A stretch of DNA of 64,000 nucleotides, from the NCBI GenBank assembly GCA_012965045.1, contig DTSZ01000001.1:92937-156936 (forward strand), written 5' to 3'. The position numbers and the translations under genes are program-made. The notes beneath the pieces are model-generated. The model was not told where the DNA came from and made no database searches. It saw only the letters and a list, made by a program, of their open reading frames with translations. This document shows, piece by piece, positions 19,614 through 29,566 of this stretch. Position 1 is the first letter of the stretch, and each line of letters opens with the position of its first letter. This DNA is from Candidatus Saccharimonadota bacterium (lineage in GTDB: Bacteria; Patescibacteriota; Saccharimonadia; Saccharimonadales; DTSZ01).

Positions 19614-21362
19614 ATGGCACGACAACAACAGTCAAAAGTTTCTATTGATAGGTATCTTCTTACAAAGATATTTTTGTTTGTTGTTGGATTATTTTTTATG
19701 GTGCGGCTGTTTCAAATACAAGTGCTTGAGCACAGCTACTACAGTCAAAAAGCAGTATCGACGCACAACAAAAGCTATGTAATTCCTGCCGAACGAGGAG
19801 AGATATTTATTCAAGATAAAAACGGCAATTCTGTGCCGTTAGCGTTAAATGAAACATTTGTACGGGTAATTGCTGATCCACGTTACATAACCAATTCCGA
19901 AGAGGTTAGCCAGCGTATTGCCGAAGCTACTGGTGGTGATCAAGGATATTACAAAGAACAACTCGATAAAGACACCTCTTACGCAGTTCTCGAGGACTAT
20001 TTAGATCTCGAAACCGGCGAAAAAGTAGCTGATCTTAATTTGGCGGGTATAGCTCTCCGCGATGTGACCCGCCGTGTCTACCCAGAAGGGTCTTTAGCGG
20101 CACATTCACTTGGTTTTGTGAATGCCGACGGGGCAGGGCAATATGGGATAGAACAGTACTATGACAAAGAGCTACAGGGCGTCGAAGGACGACTCAGCGG
20201 TGCGTTTGATGTGCGAGGAATTCCGATAGCTGTTGCAGATTCAATAGAGCAGCCAGCGCTGCCAGGTAATGACGTAGTCCTTACCATTGATAAAAACATC
20301 CAATACGAGGTAGAAAGAGCGTTGAAAGAGGGTGTAGAGCGGGTTGACGCCACCAAAGGGAGCGCGGTAGTAATGGATCCTTCGACAGGGGAGGTTAAGG
20401 CACTGGCCAACTACCCAAGCTACAGTCCAGAAAGTTACCGTTCCGTGGACGATATTGCAGTGTTTACCAACGCCGCAATATCCGAACCAATAGAACCGGG
20501 TTCGGTTGTGAAAATTTTTAGCATGGCTGCTGGCTTACAGTCAGGAACAGTAACGCCAGACACAACCTATTTAGACCGATCATGCGAAGAAATCGACGGC
20601 TTCACCATTTGCAATACTGGCGATCGCGTGACTAAACACCGTTCAATGACAGAGACCATTACTCGTAGTGCTAATACTGGTGTTATCTACGTTTTAAAAA
20701 CGCTTGATGGTGACGATGATTCTATTAGTCGAGAGGACAAAGAGTTATTGCATGATTATTACATCAATAGATTACATTTAGGATCGCCAACTAATATTGA
20801 ATTGTCGGGTGAGCGTGGCGGTGTTGTTGACGGGCCTGAGGTGAGCGATGTTCGCTACGCGAATATGACATTTGGCCAAGGTCTTTCAATTAATATGGTT
20901 CAGCTGGCTGCATCGTTGAGCTCGGTTATAAACGGGGGAACGTATTACAAACCACACATTGTAGCGAGCCAGATTGACAGCGCAGGCAACGAATATGCCG
21001 TTAAGCCACAAGTGGTTGAGCGCAATGTAGTGTCTGAAGAAGCTTCCCAGCAGCTAAAAACTATGATGGAAACAGTTGTCACTAACGGTGGCGGTAGGTC
21101 TGCATATCGGTCGGGCTATTCAATCGGCGGCAAAACCGGGTCTGCTCAAATCGCTAATCCTGAAGGTGGCTACTATGAAGACAGAGTCTTAGGAACGTTT
21201 TTTGGATTTGCACCGTCAGAAGATCCCCAGTACGTTATTGTCGTACGAATTGATGAACCCCAAGGTGTGTTTGCGGGCAGTGGTGCCGCCGCACCGGTTT
21301 TCGCAGATATTTCAAATTGGTTAATTGACTATTACGGTATCGCCCCTAAAGGAGTAGAATAA
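19614..21362 (+). CDS. ftsI: class B penicillin-binding protein (FtsI-like transpeptidase)
   Basis: N-terminal TM and PBP dimerisation region. Transpeptidase motifs are SVVK (GSVVKIF), SAN and KTGS (GGKTGSA). Confidence 0.85.
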   Translation: MARQQQSKVSIDRYLLTKIFLFVVGLFFMVRLFQIQVLEHSYYSQKAVSTHNKSYVIPAERGEIFIQDKNGNSVPLALNETFVRVIADPRYITNSEEVSQRIAEATGGDQGYYKEQLDKDTSYAVLEDYLDLETGEKVADLNLAGIALRDVTRRVYPEGSLAAHSLGFVNADGAGQYGIEQYYDKELQGVEGRLSGAFDVRGIPIAVADSIEQPALPGNDVVLTIDKNIQYEVERALKEGVERVDATKGSAVVMDPSTGEVKALANYPSYSPESYRSVDDIAVFTNAAISEPIEPGSVVKIFSMAAGLQSGTVTPDTTYLDRSCEEIDGFTICNTGDRVTKHRSMTETITRSANTGVIYVLKTLDGDDDSISREDKELLHDYYINRLHLGSPTNIELSGERGGVVDGPEVSDVRYANMTFGQGLSINMVQLAASLSSVINGGTYYKPHIVASQIDSAGNEYAVKPQVVERNVVSEEASQQLKTMMETVVTNGGGRSAYRSGYSIGGKTGSAQIANPEGGYYEDRVLGTFFGFAPSEDPQYVIVVRIDEPQGVFAGSGAAAPVFADISNWLIDYYGIAPKGVE

Positions 21363-21373
21363 AGGTAGCTTAC

Positions 21374-22414
21374 ATGGAACAAATATTTACAAACTTTACA
21401 TTAAACGATGTTCAACAACTTGCCGCACTTGGTTTGGCGGGGTTTGTGTTGGCATTAATATTTACTCCTATCTACACCAATATTGCCTTTAAAGAAAAGT
21501 GGTGGAAACGACCGCGTCAAGACGCAATGACCGGTGAAAAAGCCGTAGAATTCAACAAATTGCACAAGGCAAAACACAAACGTCATATTCCAACCATGGC
21601 CGGCCTTATATTTGTTTTTGCTACTGTGATCATCACCATACTGTTTAATCTAGATAGAGCCCAAACACTTCTACCGCTAACTGCTTTGCTCGGCGCTGCA
21701 TGGGTAGGCTTGTTAGATGACATCATTAATCTACGTGGCTCAAAAGGAGTCGCTGGATTAACCTCCAAGGTAAAATTTGCACTTATTAGCTTGGTTGCGC
21801 TTGTTGGTGGGGCCTATTTTCACTACAAGCTTGGCTATGACGCAATCTCAATTCCGTTTTTTGAAAGTAGCTTAACCATTGGCGGAATAGGAATTATCTT
21901 GTTGTTTACTTTGGTGGTGGTTTCAACCGCCAATGCAGTAAATATTTCTGACGGACTCGACGGGTTGTCGGGCGGATTACTAACCAGCGCCTTTGCTACC
22001 TATACAGCGATAGCCTTGTTACAGGGAAATATTGGCATAGCTGGATTCTGCGCTACGATTGTCGGAACACTTCAGGCCTACACGTGGTTCAATATCTATC
22101 CAGCGCGGTTCTTTATGGGCGACGTCGGATCGTTCAGTCTCGGAGCGGCCCTTGGAGTGGTCGCAATGCTAACAGGAACAGTGGTGCTATTACCGATTAT
22201 TGCTGGAGTTTTTGTGCTTGAGGCAGGTTCATCACTTATTCAGGTACTTTCAAAAAGATACTTGGGGCGAAAGATCTTTAAAGTCGCACCGCTTCATCAC
22301 CATTTCGAGGCGCTTGGCTGGCCCGAAACTAAAGTCACTATGCGCTTTTGGGTGGTTGGACAAGTATTTGGTCTTATGGGTCTTGTTATCGGATTGGTGG
22401 GAGGAGTCTTGTGA
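21374..22414 (+). CDS. mraY: phospho-N-acetylmuramoyl-pentapeptide transferase
   Basis: Polytopic membrane protein with NAVNISDGLDGL, MGDVGS and APLHHHFE motifs. Confidence 0.9.
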   Translation: MEQIFTNFTLNDVQQLAALGLAGFVLALIFTPIYTNIAFKEKWWKRPRQDAMTGEKAVEFNKLHKAKHKRHIPTMAGLIFVFATVIITILFNLDRAQTLLPLTALLGAAWVGLLDDIINLRGSKGVAGLTSKVKFALISLVALVGGAYFHYKLGYDAISIPFFESSLTIGGIGIILLFTLVVVSTANAVNISDGLDGLSGGLLTSAFATYTAIALLQGNIGIAGFCATIVGTLQAYTWFNIYPARFFMGDVGSFSLGAALGVVAMLTGTVVLLPIIAGVFVLEAGSSLIQVLSKRYLGRKIFKVAPLHHHFEALGWPETKVTMRFWVVGQVFGLMGLVIGLVGGVL

Positions 22415-23562
22415 TTCGAAGTCGGACAGCACGACGACAGGGTCAACGAGATTACGGGTTAATTGGAATCACTGGCCTGCTTATTCTAGTCGGCATTGTG
22501 GTTATCTACACTATTAGCCCAATTCTTAATTACGGGGCATTCGGCGAGGTTGGCGCCAACTATTTTTTGTACCGCCACTTGTTTAATTTATTACTTGGTG
22601 CGGTGGCGTTTTTCGTAGCCTCACGAATTCCACTTAAAACCTGGAAAGAACTTTTGCCAATTTTACTTGGAGCCTCGGTAGTAGCGAGCATACTACTGTT
22701 AATTCCTGCAACTGCTGTAACTATAAATGGGGCAACACGGTGGATTAGTTTGGCGGGTATTACCTTTCAGCCTTCAGAATTGATTAAGCTAACTGCGGTG
22801 ATATATACAGCTTTTTGGCTAGGTGGTAAAACCAAACAAGAACTCAATAACCCTAGTCTTACCTTGTGGCCGTTGATGGTGCTCATCGGTGTGCTTGGGA
22901 TTTTTATTGTCATTATTCAAAAAGACCTTGGAACAATGATTGTGCTTACGGCCATCTTGCTTGGAATGATGTATTTTAGCGGCATGCAACTGCGATATAT
23001 CGGTTTTGCGGTGGCGCTTTTAGGGCTGCTTGGCGCACTTTCGGTAGCAATTGCACCACACCGAATTGCTCGGCTTACAACGTTTTTAAACGCGTCTGAG
23101 GATATACAGGGGGCGGGCTATCATATTGACCAAGCTCTAACCGCTATCGGTTCTGGTGGGGTGTTTGGGGTTGGACTTGGTCGCAGCATTCAAGTGTACG
23201 GCTTTTTACCCGAGGCAGAGAACGATTCGGTTTTTGCGATCCACAGTGAGATATTTGGTTTTGTAGGAGCCGTTGTGTTGTTGGTCGCCTTTGGTGTGCT
23301 ACTGACTAAACTATTACGGATTTCGGAGCATCAAAAAACTCAGCCAGGCCGGCTGCTTGCTGCAGGATTGTTTTTTTGGCTTGGCGCCCATGTGTTTATT
23401 AATGTTGGCGCTATGTTGTCGGTACTGCCATTGACTGGACTAACATTGCCTTTTTTAAGTTACGGTGGCAGTAGTCTACTGATGATGATGACTGGTCTAG
23501 GAATTGCTTTTGGCCTTTCAGCACAAACGACAAGCCGGTCAGGCTTACGGAGCAGAGCATGA
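22411..23562 (+). CDS. ftsW: SEDS-family peptidoglycan polymerase FtsW
   Basis: The GTG at 22411 overlaps the mraY stop (GTGA) and is preceded by GGAGGAG. SEDS motifs are QPSELIKL, LPEAENDSVFA and LPFLSYGGSS. Confidence 0.85.
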   Translation: MIRSRTARRQGQRDYGLIGITGLLILVGIVVIYTISPILNYGAFGEVGANYFLYRHLFNLLLGAVAFFVASRIPLKTWKELLPILLGASVVASILLLIPATAVTINGATRWISLAGITFQPSELIKLTAVIYTAFWLGGKTKQELNNPSLTLWPLMVLIGVLGIFIVIIQKDLGTMIVLTAILLGMMYFSGMQLRYIGFAVALLGLLGALSVAIAPHRIARLTTFLNASEDIQGAGYHIDQALTAIGSGGVFGVGLGRSIQVYGFLPEAENDSVFAIHSEIFGFVGAVVLLVAFGVLLTKLLRISEHQKTQPGRLLAAGLFFWLGAHVFINVGAMLSVLPLTGLTLPFLSYGGSSLLMMMTGLGIAFGLSAQTTSRSGLRSRA

Positions 23563-24716
23563 CCGCAAACAAACGAGTCAAAGTATTGTTAACTGGGGGT
23601 GGTTCGGGCGGTCACACCACGCCACTGGTGGCGGTTGGCAAAGCCTTAGAGTCTATGAAGAATATCGATATTGTGGCAATTGGAGAAAAATCCATTCCCG
23701 CCCAACCAATCGGAGACTATAAAACCTATTATATTTCGGCTGGAAAATTTAGACGCTATAACGCGTTGGGGTGGCGACAGTATATTAATCCGCGGCTAGT
23801 TTACCAAAATCTTCGTGACTTATTTAAGGTTTGTATTGGCATTTTTGAATCAATGAAGATTCTGCGCAAAGTAAAACCAGACGTCATTTTTATAAAAGGA
23901 GGCTATGTGAGTTTACCGGTTGGTTTGGCTGCCCGGTTGCTAAATATACGCTATGTCACGCATGATTCTGATCTGTTGCCAGGCTTAACTAATAGAATTC
24001 TATCAAAAGGAGCGCACTATAATTTGGTAGGTTTTCCAATAGAAAATTATTCCTATGACAAGTCCAAAACCATTCAAGTTGGCGTGCCAATTCGAGAGGT
24101 CTTTCGGGCAACTTCCAAGGCAAGTGCTCGCAAAAAACTAAAGATACCAAGTAACGCCAAACACATTATGATTATTGGTGGTAGCAACGGTGCCAAAATA
24201 ATTAACGACGCCGTGCTGCGGGTGGCTGATAAATTATCTGGTCTAGCCTACGTCACGCATCAAGTCGGTGCTGTCCAAGAGCAAGAAATAGCAACCTCTA
24301 TTAAATCGAAGAAAATTAAAAAGTATGCTGTATTCGGCTTTATGGACGCAAACTCCTATTCAGCCCACTTGGCTTCTGCTGACGTTGTTATATCTCGTGC
24401 TGGCGCCACGGCTGTGAGCGAACTAGCATACTTAAAAAAAGCCAGCATTATTGTTCCAAATCCTCTGTTAACAGGTGGGCATCAACTCAAAAACGCCAAT
24501 GTTATTCAAAGTAATGACGCCTGTCGACTACTTCACGAAGCGACCATGTCGCACGACCCTAATTTACTCGTAGTATACTCTGATGAACTACTGGCGAATA
24601 CGAAAGAAAGTGCGTGGCTAGGAAATAATCTTCACAAACTTTTTAAGCATGATGCGCAAAAACAGACAGCAAAAATATTGGTGGATTTAGCACATGAAAC
24701 TGCGACCACAACGTAA
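23559..24716 (+). CDS. murG: UDP-N-acetylglucosamine--N-acetylmuramyl-(pentapeptide) pyrophosphoryl-undecaprenol GlcNAc transferase
   Basis: GT28 signatures are present: TGGGSGGHTTP at the N-terminus, GGSNGA, and SRAGATAVSEL. The start overlaps the ftsW stop. Confidence 0.85.
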   Translation: MTANKRVKVLLTGGGSGGHTTPLVAVGKALESMKNIDIVAIGEKSIPAQPIGDYKTYYISAGKFRRYNALGWRQYINPRLVYQNLRDLFKVCIGIFESMKILRKVKPDVIFIKGGYVSLPVGLAARLLNIRYVTHDSDLLPGLTNRILSKGAHYNLVGFPIENYSYDKSKTIQVGVPIREVFRATSKASARKKLKIPSNAKHIMIIGGSNGAKIINDAVLRVADKLSGLAYVTHQVGAVQEQEIATSIKSKKIKKYAVFGFMDANSYSAHLASADVVISRAGATAVSELAYLKKASIIVPNPLLTGGHQLKNANVIQSNDACRLLHEATMSHDPNLLVVYSDELLANTKESAWLGNNLHKLFKHDAQKQTAKILVDLAHETATTT

Positions 24717-25560
24717 CCGTAGACGTAAACCAACACCCACCTCGCGGTCTCGTGGTGTCTATAAAGGGACGACTACAAATACTAGCCGCCAACAGGGAAG
24801 AGTAGTGCGCCGTAGTTCTTCTCGCGTCGAATCTACTATTGTGCAAAAAATGCTGTCGTACGGCGTTTTTATTGGACTAACCGCAGGAATATTGGTGTGG
24901 TTAGTCATGTTTTCAAGAGTTAACCACATTGAGTATGAAGGCCCCTTGGATGATGGATTGGTGCAAGAGATATCTAACGAATATTTTGAGCAAACATCTC
25001 GGTGGCGTTTTGCTTTTGATTCAGCGTCTTTTGAGCGATATTTGCGCCAGCGCGCACCATTTTTTACTAATGTAACAACCCACATAGGCATATTTAGCGA
25101 CACGATGACCATCCGTGCTGATAATCTACCAACGCGGCTTCTATGGCAAAGTAATGGTGTTCAGTATGAGGTTAACCAACTCGGTTACATTAGCCAGTCA
25201 AAAGACCAGCTTGATGAACTGCCGATAGTGTTTGATGCCGCACGGCTAGAATATAGTGTAGGTCAAAAATTATTGCCTGAACGTGTGGTGGCTTTTATTA
25301 GTGAACTTACTGCAGTGGTAGCGAGTCAGTCTGATGTGAGCTATTTTGAAGGCATTAACTATGTTGCAGGTCAATCCACCGAGTCATTAACCCTGCAAAC
25401 TAGTCAAAATGGTCCAAAATTTTTGGTATCTACCTCTATTGATCCTCAAGCTCAGATCGACAGTATCCTTGACTTATATTCCAAACTGTCCCAAGAGGGA
25501 AGAGCAGCTCCTAAGGAGTATGTTGATACTCGAGTAGCAGGGCGAGTTTTTTGGAAATAG
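24694..25560 (+). CDS. FtsQ/DivIB-like cell-division protein
   Basis: Basic disordered N-terminus, a single TM (VFIGLTAGILVWLVMF), and an extracytoplasmic POTRA-like region. It occupies the last position of the dcw cluster. The true start may be internal. Confidence 0.5.
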   Translation: MKLRPQRNRRRKPTPTSRSRGVYKGTTTNTSRQQGRVVRRSSSRVESTIVQKMLSYGVFIGLTAGILVWLVMFSRVNHIEYEGPLDDGLVQEISNEYFEQTSRWRFAFDSASFERYLRQRAPFFTNVTTHIGIFSDTMTIRADNLPTRLLWQSNGVQYEVNQLGYISQSKDQLDELPIVFDAARLEYSVGQKLLPERVVAFISELTAVVASQSDVSYFEGINYVAGQSTESLTLQTSQNGPKFLVSTSIDPQAQIDSILDLYSKLSQEGRAAPKEYVDTRVAGRVFWK

Positions 25561-26371
25561 CAGAAGCAGCAATAGTCTAATTGGTACATAAATAAATATA
25601 CTTATCGTTGCTGTATGTAGGTAATTATCAATACTACTACTATCGCCCCATCAATGTTCGCTTTTTGTTCTTTGGAGAAATAGTCTGCTGTATTTTTTCT
25701 GCCTGTGTGTATTTTGTTCCGATACATATATTGAGACTTTGTTTTTAAAAATGACATAAACAGGGAAGAAAAGTATATAAAATACCAAAAACGAAAAAAA
25801 GCAAGGGTTGTTGTGGAAAAGTATGTGAAATACTATACAAAACAAGTTATTTCACGAAAATGCAAATATTGCAAAAAATACAATTTAGTATATAAAGATA
25901 CAAAAATAGCAAATATGCAAATAGTTGTCAGTTTAACAGAGGTACACTAGGGTTAATTAGTAGAGGCGTTAGGACGCGTAGAAGCTCAATGCTGGCAATG
26001 GCACGAAAGTTGCGTGGGTTGATTGCTAAACCTTAAAAAGTCTTAAGAACAGCGTAGGTTGAGCGCCACTAAATAGCTGAAGTAGCACAAAGTCCCCCGT
26101 CACTCGTGATGTACGTGTCATAGGTGATACATATACTTAGTGTCGCAAAATATACATTGTGCGACGTAGCGTTTAATTCTGTTTTAGGTATGAATAGTCA
26201 TCTTTCTTATGTTAATTTTTTGAGATTTATGTGCATGTGGCTGATTCGTGAATGTATCGATCAATCACTTCCCTTATTCGCCGCAGTACTTGCAGTAAGT
26301 AATTTCATTATGTGTTTGATTGTCGCTGTACATTATTTTTTATTGCGTAATGCAAAATGTTCGTTTTTTGA

Positions 26372-28984
26372 TCACCTTAACGTAATCACTTCATTTTCGT
26401 TTAATGATCCATCATTGTTTTGCTGAGCATGTGCTTGTTGAGCTTGTTGTGGTCTGGGCCGTGATTGGTTGGGTTTTGGTTGCGGTTGCCGATTAGTGCG
26501 CTGATTGTTTCTACCCCGCTCTTTTCTATTTTCTCTTCGTACGCGCGTGTTCGCTTTTTGTTTGCTATCACGTTCGAGGGCTTGTTTTTGTATGTACTGC
26601 TCTACGATTTGTCGCGGCGAACCAAATACTTGCCGTGAATTTTCGATTATTACAGGGCTTAAGTCCTGCTCTGTTGGTGGGATATTTAAGGTACTGGCAG
26701 AAAAGGCCTTAGATTTTTCGCCATCTATAGACAATGCAGCTGTAAAGTAACGGTTAGTGGTGTTCACGAGGTCGTTTGCAGTAAAGTAGGGTTCAAAATA
26801 TTTTTCGAGAATACGGCCATCCTCGGCGCCAACCCTAAAGGCTACAATACTACCAACGTTACCAAAAATAGCGTCTCGCACCTCTGGTATCATTTGATTA
26901 ATGTATTGGTTGGCAACGGTTAGTTTTAAGCCGTATTTACGGGCTTCACTTAAGATCACTGAGAACGAATCGGTCGCAAAGTTCTGAAACTCATCCACGT
27001 ATAGGTAGAATGGCCGTCGTTGGTCTTCGGGCATGTCTGCCCTGCTCATAGCGGCTAACTGAATCTTAGTCACCATTAACGCACCGAGTATGGCGGCGTT
27101 GTCTTCACCTACAAGACCACGCGAAAGGTTAACAATTAAGATTCCACCTTGGTCCATAACCTGACGAATATTAAAGCTCGACTGCGGTTGACCAACAATA
27201 TTACGCACCATTGGATTGGCCACAAACGCTCCGACTTTGTTTAGAATTGGTGCCACCGCCTCTGTTTGAAAGCGTGGCTCCCAGCTATTAAATTCGGCAA
27301 CCCAGAAGCTACGAACCACCGGATCTGTAATATGATCGATAACTTCGTCACGAAACCCTTTGTTGGTAAGCATGCGTGTAATGTCTAGCATGGTGGAGTT
27401 AGGGTAATCTAACAGAGCAAGAATGGTGTAGCGCAGAATATATTCTAAGCGTGGACCCCAAGAATCAAACATCCGTTTTAAAACTCCAACTAACTCGGAG
27501 CTAATGTGCCCTTTCAGCTTTGGATCAGTGACTTCCATAGGGTTGAATGCAAGTGGGTGTTCGGTGTCGGCAGGATTGAAATAGACAACCTGCTTGGCCC
27601 GCTCTTGTGGAATGTAGCGCAGCATATTTTGGGCATAGTCTCCATGCGGGTCAACCAATGCAAAGCCTTCGTGGTGATAAATGTCACTAAGGGTGAGCAA
27701 ATTCAATAACCCAGATTTACCAGTGCCGGTTTGACCAATAATGTATAGATGTCGTGCGCGGTCTTTGCGGCGTAGGCCAAATTGCAGGTTGCTGCCCCTA
27801 AAGTTAGTTACACCAAATAGGCTTAGCTCTTCTTCTGAGGCGTTTGTAAGCGTCGGGAGCTGCGAAGGCGGTTCTGCAACGTTCGTCTTTGTCCAAACGA
27901 TATTAGGCGTCTCTACGTTGGTGTGAGGCAAGTGCCAAATACTTGCCAGTTCCTCAGTGTTAAGAGTGAAACCTTTGCCTGCAAAGTAGCGGGCGCGGTA
28001 TTCGCGGACTACACTTGCGTCAAAACTGGACTTTCTTTGCTTGAAGCCATTTAAGTTAGTGCTGTTAAATTGCTTAAACGTGCCAACTAGTGATTGCATG
28101 CGTATTTTGGCGGTGCTTTCGTTATCGCCTAAGTACACTATTCGAATTTTTACCTCATAGCCAAGCTTATTGCTCTTTTCTTCTATAGCCGATATTTGAC
28201 TTCGTTCTCTCTCTGTTAAATCGACTCCGCTACTGGTTGAGCCGGTTGCTTCTGGCGGCTTGAATAAGGCACTAAAGATTTGCAAGAAATAGCCAAGTAC
28301 GCCGGCCCCCACTCCCCTACTCTTTCCACGTTTAATATTAATAATCTCTTTGGCGCCTTTAGTGTGCCATGAATCATTTAGGGGTCGTGCCAGAATCTGC
28401 ACCCATAGTTCTTCGTGTGCACTGTCCAGCTTCGACAAAGTCGCTGTAATAGCAGCTAGTGGATCAACCTCAAAATTTGGGAATGTCCTAATTGGCAGCG
28501 TGTCGCTAGCAATCATGCTAAGTTCGGCAGAGTGAGCCACTGTTTGGTTAAATTCGCGATTTGAGTAGTCATCGACAGCTTCAGATATTTGCACGTCTGG
28601 GTATTGAGCATAGATTTGACCTTCAACAAAACTTTGCAGGTGCTTTGGCGTCCATACGTAGAATTTAATCTGCTGTCCGATTGTCACAATCTCAAAACTT
28701 ATGTGCTCTTGAATTGCTCCTTCACGCAAGATTTCTTTACGGGGACGCAAAATACCATGCAAGCTGGCGAATAGTTGCTCTGCAGACAGTTCGCGTTTTT
28801 CGTTATTGCGAGGAATTTCAAGAATAAGCAACTGGTAATCGGTTTTAAGGGCGAATTTTGTGCGTCGCCAGTTTTGCCACGCTAAATAGCCCAGCACACC
28901 GGCAAGCGGTAACCATATCCATACAGTAGTCACTACAAGTTCAACCAAAGAGAATATAAACTGGACCACCCCGAAATTTGTCAT
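26372..28984 (-). CDS. membrane-anchored P-loop ATPase, VirD4/TraD (type IV coupling protein)-like, FtsK/HerA superfamily
   Basis: 870 aa with two N-terminal TM helices. Walker A is IIGQTGTGKSGLL and Walker B is FYLYVDEFQNF. The C-terminus is a basic Q/R/N-rich tail. Confidence 0.55.
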   Translation of the reverse strand: MTNFGVVQFIFSLVELVVTTVWIWLPLAGVLGYLAWQNWRRTKFALKTDYQLLILEIPRNNEKRELSAEQLFASLHGILRPRKEILREGAIQEHISFEIVTIGQQIKFYVWTPKHLQSFVEGQIYAQYPDVQISEAVDDYSNREFNQTVAHSAELSMIASDTLPIRTFPNFEVDPLAAITATLSKLDSAHEELWVQILARPLNDSWHTKGAKEIINIKRGKSRGVGAGVLGYFLQIFSALFKPPEATGSTSSGVDLTERERSQISAIEEKSNKLGYEVKIRIVYLGDNESTAKIRMQSLVGTFKQFNSTNLNGFKQRKSSFDASVVREYRARYFAGKGFTLNTEELASIWHLPHTNVETPNIVWTKTNVAEPPSQLPTLTNASEEELSLFGVTNFRGSNLQFGLRRKDRARHLYIIGQTGTGKSGLLNLLTLSDIYHHEGFALVDPHGDYAQNMLRYIPQERAKQVVYFNPADTEHPLAFNPMEVTDPKLKGHISSELVGVLKRMFDSWGPRLEYILRYTILALLDYPNSTMLDITRMLTNKGFRDEVIDHITDPVVRSFWVAEFNSWEPRFQTEAVAPILNKVGAFVANPMVRNIVGQPQSSFNIRQVMDQGGILIVNLSRGLVGEDNAAILGALMVTKIQLAAMSRADMPEDQRRPFYLYVDEFQNFATDSFSVILSEARKYGLKLTVANQYINQMIPEVRDAIFGNVGSIVAFRVGAEDGRILEKYFEPYFTANDLVNTTNRYFTAALSIDGEKSKAFSASTLNIPPTEQDLSPVIIENSRQVFGSPRQIVEQYIQKQALERDSKQKANTRVRRENRKERGRNNQRTNRQPQPKPNQSRPRPQQAQQAHAQQNNDGSLNENEVITLR

Positions 28985-29021
28985 AACACTAGTGTACTAC
29001 GATGCTTACGCCTAACAAATT

Positions 29022-29558
29022 TTATGATTGGCATATCTGATTCACTAGGTCATTTGCGATACCGCGAAGCGCCAATATGGCTGCTGCAGACAGCTGCTCG
29101 CCGCAGGGCCCCTTGCCAGAAGATATTCTATCGACAATGCGTTCCAGTCGATGTTCGATTTCCTCGTGGCTACTGAGGTTGATTTCGTCATTGCTGGTTG
29201 CTTGAATCCTAGTGCCCTCAACTACTTCGCTACGTAAACTCTCTGGTACATACGTGTGGCTTGCGGTGGTCGAGCATTGGATTTTCATAGGTGTACCTCG
29301 GACAATCATCGGCCCATCTAGGCAGTATTGGACAGCTGTATCTGCAACGCCAACCGAGCGTATGATCTCGTCTTGCTTTTGTCTTGTCTCGGAGTATGTT
29401 TGGATTATTACAGTAGAAACTGGCGCGTCTGGATTGTCGCTGAGTATTTCCTGCTTTGTATCAGCTATCTCATCCTCAAGTCTATCTATTCTTGATCGAC
29501 AAGTAGACACAACCGGGCAGTATCGTGCACAGTTGTTTTTTGCTGAGACTTCTCCCAT
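29022..29558 (-). CDS. hypothetical cytoplasmic protein (Cys-containing, no recognisable domain)
   Basis: 178 aa with an N-terminal CARYCPVVSTC cluster and no TM. It is packed between the HTH gene and the ATPase gene on the same strand. Confidence 0.4.
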   Translation of the reverse strand: MGEVSAKNNCARYCPVVSTCRSRIDRLEDEIADTKQEILSDNPDAPVSTVIIQTYSETRQKQDEIIRSVGVADTAVQYCLDGPMIVRGTPMKIQCSTTASHTYVPESLRSEVVEGTRIQATSNDEINLSSHEEIEHRLERIVDRISSGKGPCGEQLSAAAILALRGIANDLVNQICQS

Positions 29559-29566
29559 TAATAGGA

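Noticed and set aside
22200-23722. ORFs 22200..22517 (105 aa), 22250..22432 (minus strand) and 23504..23722 (72 aa) overlapping mraY/ftsW/murG junctions, and the long ftsW start at 22348.
   Set aside because: They are out of frame with, or extend into, genes that carry complete family motifs. The GTG at 22411, with an upstream GGAGGAG and a GTGA overlap, gives a standard FtsW N-terminus.
26124-26426. A 100-aa plus-strand ORF in the AT-rich tract, and the 64-aa minus-strand ORF at 25651..25845.
   Set aside because: Their composition is hydrophobic and low-complexity (F/L/I/C-rich), as expected from AT-rich DNA. Neither has a ribosome-binding site, and the first overlaps the 3' end of the ATPase gene.
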